Shown: positions 25,513 through 32,446, numbered from the stretch's first letter. The stretch is DNA of 64,000 bases from Acutalibacteraceae bacterium (GCA_045580545.1 JAZNOA010000007.1:65007-129006); one strand, 5' to 3'. Numbers and translations: made by a program. The notes: generated by a model not told the origin, from the letters alone.

Positions 25513-25687
25513 AACACACCTCAAAATAGTTATATTTTTTGCAATTTATTATTAGTTCGTATTATACCACATTAAATTTGAAGACTCAACTGTTTTCAGC
25601 AAAAATATTGAGATTTCAGCATTTTTCTTTTTCTATTTTAAAATACGGCAATAGCCGATGAGGTTTGCTCATCGGCTTGGTGCTTTT

Positions 25688-26509
25688 TTATGACATAGTG
25701 AAGGTTCCATTTTGTTTGTTGTCAATAACGAATTCAAAGAAAGTTGTTTTGCTGACTGCGGCGAGGTAGGTGTTGGGATTGATATTGGGGTATTCTTTCT
25801 CAACAAGGTCGAGGGTTTCTTTTAGTTGGAGCATTGTTGCAAATTCGTGTTTACAAGTACCCGTGCAGTAACAGTTGCAAACAAGTCCGCTGATTTGACC
25901 GTTATCGTAATTAAACTCAATCTCATAGGGTTTGCTGCCTGTTACGATGGCTCTGCCTTTGCCGTTTTTGAGTTCAATATATTGCACTTGGTTTTCTATG
26001 TAGTATTCGTGACCTTTATCTGCTGTTGACTTATCAATTTTCATTCCGCTAAGGTCATTCAAATTGAACGTTTCGTCATCGCTTGAGGAGACAAATTCTT
26101 CATCTTCAGAAGCGGGTGCTTTGAACCAAGTGATAATCTGCTCGTAATTCAAAGCGCTTTCATCAGTTGTAATGAAATGTGAGCCTGCCAAATGGAATTC
26201 TCCAACAACATTAGTATTAGCAACACCAATAACACGCTTATAGTCGGATAGTTTAATTTTAAATGTATAATTTATATCTACTACTCGACCGCGCAAACCT
26301 TCGAGTTTGCCATCAACATAAACGATATCGCCGCGCTTCAAATCAAACATATCGTTATAGTAAGAGCAGGTCAGATGTCTGTCATGAAAGAAAACGTCAA
26401 CCACCGATTTTCTTGCGTTGCTTGTGACTTCCTTATTACTTTGTGCATTTTCAGAAATGCATTGTTCCTTTTTCTCTGTTTCTGCTGTAAATCCAATTTT
26501 AAAACTCAT
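25688..26509 (-). CDS. SWIM zinc-finger protein
   Basis: CxCxnCxH signature in GLVCNCYCTGTCKHEFA near the C-terminus. Confidence 0.6.
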   Translation of the reverse strand: MSFKIGFTAETEKKEQCISENAQSNKEVTSNARKSVVDVFFHDRHLTCSYYNDMFDLKRGDIVYVDGKLEGLRGRVVDINYTFKIKLSDYKRVIGVANTNVVGEFHLAGSHFITTDESALNYEQIITWFKAPASEDEEFVSSSDDETFNLNDLSGMKIDKSTADKGHEYYIENQVQYIELKNGKGRAIVTGSKPYEIEFNYDNGQISGLVCNCYCTGTCKHEFATMLQLKETLDLVEKEYPNINPNTYLAAVSKTTFFEFVIDNKQNGTFTMS

Positions 26510-26520
26510 TTTTATCCTCC

Positions 26521-26667
26521 TTAAAATTCTTCGTCTGTATCGTCTTCGCTGTTTTCTTCTTCCTCTGAATCGAGCAAGTTCATAAGTGCAGTAAATTCAG
26601 TCGCTTGCTCAAGTGTGTCCAATCTTCCATCGCCGTTAAAGTCAAACAAATCTCCAAACAGTCCCAT
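26521..26667 (-). CDS. 48-aa acidic protein with an EF-hand/dockerin-like Ca-binding loop
   Basis: MGLFGDLFDFNGDGRLDTLEQATEF...EEEENSEDDTDEEF. Below the ORF-track cutoff; read by hand. Confidence 0.4.
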   Translation of the reverse strand: MGLFGDLFDFNGDGRLDTLEQATEFTALMNLLDSEEEENSEDDTDEEF

Positions 26668-26683
26668 ATTAATACCTCCATTT

Positions 26684-26863
26684 TTATACTCGCGGATAAA
26701 TTTTTTTATCTACCCAAGAATTGAAACCAAAGTAATTAGTTTCAAAACGTTGTAGCACTTCGTATTTTTCAAGCCATACTACCACTCCGTTAACGTTTTT
26801 AGGAAATAAAGCAAATCTAGTAATTGTACGAGTATCACCTTTTTTATAAATAGAAAAACGCAT
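26684..26863 (-). CDS. 59-aa hypothetical protein
   Basis: MRFSIYKKGDTRTITRFALFPKNVNGVVVWLEKYEVLQRFETNYFGFNSWVDKKIYPRV. Fills the gap between two same-strand genes. Confidence 0.35.
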   Translation of the reverse strand: MRFSIYKKGDTRTITRFALFPKNVNGVVVWLEKYEVLQRFETNYFGFNSWVDKKIYPRV

Positions 26864-26896
26864 ATGTTTTCACACCCCTTAATGCAGACTTCTTTT

Positions 26897-27178
26897 TCAA
26901 CTTTGACAAATCCAAATAATAAATAAAATAATTGCAGGTATGATTAGAAACGGCATTTGCAAGCAAAACAGACTAATGATTATCCAATGCGTACCTGTCA
27001 TGTTTCTTAACCAACTGGTAAATCCACTTTGCTTTTGTGGTGTATAACCGCCTGAACTGTGCCCGTTTTTATAAATGTGCTCAAAGTCATAGCAATCACT
27101 ATCATACTCAACAAAATCCACTTTGCCGTCACGGTTGGTGTCCGCATAATCGCCTGTGATGCCCTTATAATCTTCCAT
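26897..27178 (-). CDS. Small membrane protein with an EF-hand-like loop
   Basis: DTNRDGKVDFVEYD loop and the C-terminal TM segment WIIISLFCLQMPFLIIPAIILFIIWI. Confidence 0.5.
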   Translation of the reverse strand: MEDYKGITGDYADTNRDGKVDFVEYDSDCYDFEHIYKNGHSSGGYTPQKQSGFTSWLRNMTGTHWIIISLFCLQMPFLIIPAIILFIIWICQS

Positions 27179-27279
27179 TTGTCAGAACCCCTTTCTTTAT
27201 TCTGACTTAATTATAAAATATTCACTGTCCTATAAAACGGACTTAAGCGGGGTGAAGTTGAAGATTTTTGAAAAAATTT

Positions 27280-27315
27280 CTTATTCTTTGTTTACTGCGT
27301 ATCAAATTTTGATAT
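27280..27315 (+). repeat. 36-bp direct repeat, copy 2
   Basis: cttattctttgtttactgcgtatcaaattttgatat matches 11064-11099 at 34 of 36 positions. Confidence 0.8.
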
Positions 27316-27466
27316 ACTTACCACCTCTAAACAGCCTGTTATATCTGCTCAATATATGGTACAAAAAACCGCCGAAGTTTTTACGCTTCAGCAGTTTTAA
27401 ATTTTTAAACTAAAATTATCTGTTTTTTACATTATAATAAATAACATTGTTTATACCTAAGGTAAC

Positions 27467-28339
27467 TCAAATTTCTTTTTCATTTACAAATACTCGGCAA
27501 TTTCTCGATTTAAACTTTTTAATAGTAAAATGAAAAATACCGCTTCGATATCGTTTGTAATCAGGATCAATTATATCGTATAATGCCCTTCCATTAGTAG
27601 TGAATTCCACATTGCCAGCCTTTATTTTGTTATCGTTCGATGGATCACCATATACAACTAACTTTTGTCTCCCTGAGACAAATACTTTTTTTGTTACGGG
27701 ATTTTCTTCATTTTTAAACACATATTCTGTTTTGAAATCACATTCAATCAAGCCCAATCTTTCTAATTCTTTTAGCTGGCTAGGTGTTATGCCCGTATCT
27801 TCATACGCTTTTCTATTGGTAGATATAAAAAGAAGTAAATTTACCTCTTCTTTGCCAAAAGTTCGCAATGCAAAACGTGAAATACTGCAAAATAATTCAG
27901 CATCTTCATAACGCATAATAGACAAAGTATGTAATAAAGAAAAACTTATCTTTCCTGGGTGGTTTGCTTCTTCTGCTAATAATTTTGCCCATATCAATTG
28001 CATGTCCGGATTTGATATTAACCTAGCCTTATCAAAGAAGAATTCAAGCCAATCATCTTCAATTTTTTCCGGTTCGGCAGAATCCTCTAAGAACTGAAGA
28101 GCCTTGAGTCCAATATCTTTTTTTCTTTTTTGCTGTTTAACTAATTTTTTATACCCACAAAGAAAATCAAACATTTCTGGATTAACTTTTTTTCCGTCAA
28201 TAGCACGATTAATTAATTCTTTATGACCTTCAACTATGACGACATCTAGTGGATCTTGCAAAAAGTTCATAATAACCTCTAAAAATTTTTCAGATGATTT
28301 CCCAGCATGTTTAGCAAGTTCCAAATTATCAATACTCAT
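27467..28339 (-). CDS. DUF2806-like protein
   Basis: Start trimmed to MSIDNLELAK (GGAGAAG upstream). EDDWLEFFFDKARLISNPDMQLIWAKLLAEEANHPGKISFSLLHTL matches the DUF2806 pattern as I remember it. Confidence 0.55.
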   Translation of the reverse strand: MSIDNLELAKHAGKSSEKFLEVIMNFLQDPLDVVIVEGHKELINRAIDGKKVNPEMFDFLCGYKKLVKQQKRKKDIGLKALQFLEDSAEPEKIEDDWLEFFFDKARLISNPDMQLIWAKLLAEEANHPGKISFSLLHTLSIMRYEDAELFCSISRFALRTFGKEEVNLLLFISTNRKAYEDTGITPSQLKELERLGLIECDFKTEYVFKNEENPVTKKVFVSGRQKLVVYGDPSNDNKIKAGNVEFTTNGRALYDIIDPDYKRYRSGIFHFTIKKFKSRNCRVFVNEKEI

Positions 28340-28527
28340 AAGCTCTTCTCCTCTCGTGACAAAACACATCTTATGCATTTCAAAATATCAATAATAGTAT
28401 AGAACAATTTTGTCAAAAAAGCAACACTTGTGGTGAATCGCTATATACTTTTATATTTTTTGTAAACAATTATTATTGTGAAAATCTTTTTATTTTGTAA
28501 ATACCCCTTGCAACGACAAAAATTAAC

Positions 28528-28556
28528 TTGACAAATCTCTTTCTCCAAGTTAAAAT
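28528..28556 (+). promoter_or_regulatory. Consensus-like sigma-A promoter
   Basis: TTGACA (28528-28533), 17-nt spacer, TAAAAT (28551-28556). Confidence 0.5.
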
Positions 28557-28571
28557 GCACCAAACAAATAA

Positions 28572-28616
28572 CTCCCCAAGGCGATAATTTTTATCGCTTT
28601 CGGGGAGGATTTTTTT
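28572..28616 (+). terminator. Intrinsic terminator about 15 nt downstream of the promoter -10 box
   Basis: Two-part stem ctcccc..gcgata / tatcgc..ggggag followed by gattttttt. Confidence 0.55.
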
Positions 28617-28635
28617 GACCACAGTTTGTCCCACA
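28614..28635 (+). repeat. 22-bp direct repeat, right copy
   Basis: tttgaccacagtttgtcccaca, identical to 2897-2918. Confidence 0.85.
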
Positions 28636-28749
28636 GACAGCTTTGGAGTATGTGGAAACAGTGGAGTAAAGAGTGCTAAAGAGCATTGATTTCCGAGTGG
28701 ATAGTGCTAAAAAGCGCTATATGTAGCCGATATAAAGAAAATATAGCCG

Positions 28750-28794
28750 TTTGGGAGCAGGATGCCGCAGGTTCGAATCCTGTCACTCGGACCA
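28750..28794 (+). pseudogene. 3' half of the split tRNA-Pro(UGG)
   Basis: tttgggagcagg atgcc gcagg ttcgaat cctgt cactcgg a cca: anticodon loop, 3' anticodon stem, variable loop, complete T arm, 3' acceptor strand and CCA. No 5' half lies upstream. Confidence 0.85.
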
Positions 28795-28796
28795 AA

Positions 28797-28840
28797 AATC
28801 CAAATTCGACTTTGTCGAGTTTGGATTTTTATTTTTTTTA
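28797..28840 (+). terminator. Intrinsic terminator of the original tRNA-Pro gene
   Basis: Hairpin tccaaattcgac/gtcgagtttgga followed by a long T run. Confidence 0.65.
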
Positions 28841-29010
28841 ATGTTTTTTCACATTCTCCTGTTGAATTTTACTGATTATAAATTATTAAACAAACAAATA
28901 ACATCACTCCTTTCTTATTGTTCTTTACCATAAAACAGTGCATGTTTACTATTGGAAAAATTTATGGTATAATTTATAAGTAATAATTTTAAAAGCGAGG
29001 TGCCGAAGTT

Positions 29011-31086
29011 ATGGCTGAAAAGAAATATGTAATTGATAATGCCGAACTGATGGCAGAATGGAATTGGGAAAAGAATGACGAATTGGGTTTTGACCCTAAA
29101 ACATTAACTCTTGGTAGTCACACAAAAGTCTGGTGGAAATGTAGCATGGACCACGAATGGCAATCGACAATATATAACAGAACAGCCTCCAAAGGATGCC
29201 CGCATTGTTCAGGTCGGTATGCTATTAAAGGTGAAAGTGATTTACAGACGGTTAATCCGACTTTAGCAAAAGAATGGAACTACAATAAAAATAACGGATT
29301 AACGCCTTCTGACGTAATGCCTGGTAGTGGGAAGAGGGTATGGTGGAAATGTAGCAATGGACATGAGTGGCAAGCATCTGTAAAAGATAGAAATAATGGG
29401 AATGGCTGTCCATACTGTTCGGGTCGATATGTTGTTAAAGGAGAAAGAGATTTACAAACGGTTAATCCAACTTTAGCAAAAGAATGGAATTACAATAAAA
29501 ATAACGGATTAACGCCTTCTGATGTAATGCCTAATAGCAACAAAAAAGTGTGGTGGAAATGCAACAATGGGCATGAATGGCAAGCAATAATAAATGGAAG
29601 GAACAAAGGTGTTGGATGCCCATATTGTGCTGGAAAACGCGCTATTAAAGGAGAAAGCGATTTACAAACGGTCAATCCCGCTTTAGCGAAAGAATGGAAT
29701 TTTGATAAAAATGACGAATTGACGCCTTCTGACGTAATGCCTAACAGTGGGAAAAAAGTGTGGTGGAAATGTAGCAAAGGACACGAGTGGCAAGCAACTA
29801 TAGATAGCAGAAACAGAGGAAATGGTTGCCCTGTTTGTAATTCTGAACGAAATACTTCTTTCCCTGAATATGCAATTTTATATTATCTGAAAAAATATGG
29901 AGTTGATGTATTACACTCATATAGAGGACAAGGTTACGAATTAGACATTTATATTCCATCAAAAAAAACTGCTATTGAATATGATGGTTATTTTTGGCAC
30001 AAAAATAAAGCAAAAAAAGATTTAGATAAAAATCTGAGGTGTCAGAAAGATGGAATCAAACTATATAGGATAAGAGAAGATTTGCCATTACTTAATGACA
30101 GTTCTATTGATTACGCTGTTCATAAAAATCAAAAAGATTTATCGAAAATCCTTGAAGATATTTTAAGCAAAATAACTGAAACTAACATTGATATTGACAT
30201 AGAAAGAGATGCTATCCATATAGAAAATTTACGAGAATTTACGGAAAAAGAAAATTCGCTTTTGTTTTCCAATGCTAAAATAGCAAAAGAATGGAATTAT
30301 GAAAAGAACGGTAGGCTAAAGCCAGAACATTTTTTAGCGAATAGCGATAAAAAAATATGGTGGAAGTGTGTCAAAGGACACGAGTGGCAAGCAACGATAT
30401 CAAATAGGAATAACGGAAACGGATGTCCATATTGCGCTGGAAAAAAAGTTTCAAAAGGCTTTAACGATTTGCAAACAGTTAACCCTACTTTAGCAAAAGA
30501 ATGGAATTATGAAAAAAACGGAAATTTAAGGCCTGTAAATGTTACTGCAAATAGTCACAAAAAAGTATGGTGGAAATGTAGCAAAGGGCACGAATGGCAA
30601 GCAACGATAGACCATAGAAATAAAGGGCGAGGTTGTTCATATTGTGCAGGTCAAAAAGTTTTAAGAGGTTACAACGATTTACAAACGGTTAATCCAATTT
30701 TAGCAAAAGAATGGAACTATGAGAAAAATACTGGATTATCACCTATGGATGTAATGCCTAATAGTGATAAAAAAGTATGGTGGAAGTGTAGCGAAGGGCA
30801 CGAATGGCAAGCAATGATAAGCAATAGAAATAAAGGGCGAGGATGCCCATATTGTTCCGGTCGATATGCTGTCAAAGGTACAAATGATTTACAAACAGTT
30901 AATCCAATTTTAGCAAAAGAATGGAACTATGAAAAAAACAATGGATTAACACCCATGGACGTAACACCTGGTAGCAACAAAAAAGTATGGTGGAAATGTT
31001 GCAAAGGACACGAATGGCAAGCAACGATATATAATAGAAACAAAGGAAACGGTTGTCCAATTTGTAGAAAAAACAAAAATCAATAG
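29011..31086 (+). CDS. Zinc-ribbon repeat protein (8 repeats) with a central restriction-endonuclease-like core
   Basis: Eight ~68-aa repeats of LQTVNP.LAKEWNY.KN..L.P.DV...S.KKVWWKC..GHEWQA.I..RN.G.GCPYC (4 N-terminal, 4 C-terminal). They flank YELDIYIPSKKTAIEYDGYFWHKNK...IKLYRIRE (Vsr/DUF559-like PD-(D/E)XK pattern). Confidence 0.8.
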   Translation: MAEKKYVIDNAELMAEWNWEKNDELGFDPKTLTLGSHTKVWWKCSMDHEWQSTIYNRTASKGCPHCSGRYAIKGESDLQTVNPTLAKEWNYNKNNGLTPSDVMPGSGKRVWWKCSNGHEWQASVKDRNNGNGCPYCSGRYVVKGERDLQTVNPTLAKEWNYNKNNGLTPSDVMPNSNKKVWWKCNNGHEWQAIINGRNKGVGCPYCAGKRAIKGESDLQTVNPALAKEWNFDKNDELTPSDVMPNSGKKVWWKCSKGHEWQATIDSRNRGNGCPVCNSERNTSFPEYAILYYLKKYGVDVLHSYRGQGYELDIYIPSKKTAIEYDGYFWHKNKAKKDLDKNLRCQKDGIKLYRIREDLPLLNDSSIDYAVHKNQKDLSKILEDILSKITETNIDIDIERDAIHIENLREFTEKENSLLFSNAKIAKEWNYEKNGRLKPEHFLANSDKKIWWKCVKGHEWQATISNRNNGNGCPYCAGKKVSKGFNDLQTVNPTLAKEWNYEKNGNLRPVNVTANSHKKVWWKCSKGHEWQATIDHRNKGRGCSYCAGQKVLRGYNDLQTVNPILAKEWNYEKNTGLSPMDVMPNSDKKVWWKCSEGHEWQAMISNRNKGRGCPYCSGRYAVKGTNDLQTVNPILAKEWNYEKNNGLTPMDVTPGSNKKVWWKCCKGHEWQATIYNRNKGNGCPICRKNKNQ

Positions 31087-31114
31087 CAAGAGATAAACAG
31101 GAGAACATATTTAT

Positions 31115-31840
31115 ATGAGTAAAAATGGTAAGAACAATGAGCAAAAAAACAATAAATCAATAGGAAAATATTTATTATTTAGAATAGCAATGATAACATT
31201 GATTTGCATAATATTTTTTGTGGGAATTTATTTTGTTTTTTCCACCAAAGGAATCATTCCCTCTGGTATTGGATTGGTGAAAACAGATTGGTTATCATTC
31301 TTAGGTGCATACCTTTCTTTTTATGGCACAGTTGTTGTTAGCTTAACTATTTATTGGCACACAAACTATGTTGCAAAGCAATCTGAAGAAAAAGCAGCAC
31401 TCGAAAGAAAAAAGCGTATTCAACCAGTGTTTTCAATTGAAATCGGTTCACAAAATACGACAATGGAAAAACATTCTTCATTTGTTAATATAGGAAACAA
31501 ACCTGAGCGACCTTCAAATGTCATAATCAAAGTTAAAAATGCTAATGAATATCCCATTACAAACGTTATTATTTTTGATAAATATATCATCCCACTCCTT
31601 GAACCCGGCGAAGAAAAATCTGTATACTGCACATATTCCGATCCAACAAACACTTACATATTTTACAGTTCAGTTGCTGTTATTAATGAAATTGACTATG
31701 AAAAAGATATTAGCGGATTGCCAAAATGGTTTAACATTAATTATGACGATATTGACGGAAATGCCATGTATCAAACCTTTGAATTAAAGCATTTTGATGA
31801 AACTGAATACTATTCATTAGAAGGACAACATGAAGCATAA
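31115..31840 (+). CDS. Membrane protein, hypothetical
   Basis: Two predicted TM segments (LLFRIAMITLICIIFFVGIYFVF, LSFLGAYLSFYGTVVVSLTIYW). Follows the zinc-ribbon gene after 28 nt. Confidence 0.55.
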   Translation: MSKNGKNNEQKNNKSIGKYLLFRIAMITLICIIFFVGIYFVFSTKGIIPSGIGLVKTDWLSFLGAYLSFYGTVVVSLTIYWHTNYVAKQSEEKAALERKKRIQPVFSIEIGSQNTTMEKHSSFVNIGNKPERPSNVIIKVKNANEYPITNVIIFDKYIIPLLEPGEEKSVYCTYSDPTNTYIFYSSVAVINEIDYEKDISGLPKWFNINYDDIDGNAMYQTFELKHFDETEYYSLEGQHEA

Positions 31841-31890
31841 CTAATAAATTTTTATAGTAATCAAGACCTTTGTACTGTTTTTGGCTGCGA

Positions 31891-31939
31891 AAAACCAAGT
31901 ATTTATGCGGGTTTACGCTTGATTACTATAACGCTACTC
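31891..31939 (+). repeat. 49-bp direct repeat, copy 1
   Basis: aaaaccaagtatttatgcgggtttacgcttgattactataacgctactc has one mismatch to 32163-32211. Confidence 0.85.
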
Positions 31940-31995
31940 CAACCAAAAAATTCAAGTCTTCGGACTTGGATTTTTTATTCAAGCCGATAGGCTTG

Positions 31996-32144
31996 GTATA
32001 TCATCACGCGATAGCGTGTATATCATTGCCGCATTTATGCGGCGTATATCATCACACCATAGGTGTGCATATCTCTATCGGCTTGATGAGATACAGTGGC
32101 TTTGCCACTGATGATATGCAAAACTAACGTTTTGATGATATACA
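31996..32144. repeat. Array of GTATATCATCA-type motifs (3 direct, 3 inverted) alternating with unique mini-hairpins
   Basis: Direct copies at 31996, 32018 and 32044. Inverted copies at about 32084, 32108 and 32133. The spacers are short palindromes (cacgcgatagcgtg, gccgcatttatgcggc, cagtggctttgccactg, aaaactaacgtttt, caaggcttcgccttg). Confidence 0.6.
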
Positions 32145-32162
32145 AGGCTTCGCCTTGATTTT

Positions 32163-32211
32163 AAAACCCAGTATTTATGCGGGTTTACGCTTGATTACTA
32201 TAACGCTACTC
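32163..32211 (+). repeat. 49-bp direct repeat, copy 2
   Basis: aaaacccagtatttatgcgggtttacgcttgattactataacgctactc. Confidence 0.85.
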
Positions 32212-32446
32212 GGACCAGTCGAGTGCCTCGACACGCAGACGCGTATTCGGGGTACTAATTTTTTGCAGTTTTTTCTCGCGTTAAATCGGCATCTTTTTGC
32301 TTCATCTTTACATAAATCTTGTTCAATAAGGAACAGCACATAAAAGCCCTTGATTTTTCAAGGGCTTTCAGTGATTTTAGGGATAATTTCAAGGTAACAA
32401 GGGGACGGGAGGCAATTTTATTTATTTAATTTATCAGTAAAATAGG

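Larger units (their letters stand above)
2796..28749. mobile_element. Integrated genomic (defence) island inserted in the tRNA-Pro anticodon loop
   Basis: Bounded by the two halves of one tRNA-Pro gene, which share the core TTTGGGAGCA. Contains two tyrosine integrases and two excisionase-type HTH genes. Cargo is visibly AT-rich and almost all on the minus strand. Confidence 0.65.

Noticed and set aside
2796-28749. The island as a prophage or conjugative element (ICE)
   Set aside because: No capsid, portal, terminase, tail or lysis genes are present, nor any relaxase, T4SS or coupling protein genes. Only integrases, excisionase-like genes and defence-type cargo are present.
2755-28794. The split tRNA-Pro as a tRNA gene with an anticodon-loop intron (group I type)
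   Set aside because: The intervening 26 kb encodes about 40 independent, mostly antisense genes including integrases. No intron-like core is evident and a 10-bp duplicated core is present. This fits integration, not an intron.
31996-32144. The motif/hairpin array as a CRISPR array
   Set aside because: The repeat unit is only ~10-12 bp, the spacers are ~10-16 bp palindromes, the repeat orientation flips midway, and no cas genes are nearby.
31870-32343. ORFs of 85 aa and 62 aa across the repeat region
   Set aside because: They span the 49-bp repeats and the hairpin array. Their translations repeat with the DNA repeats, and there is no RBS.
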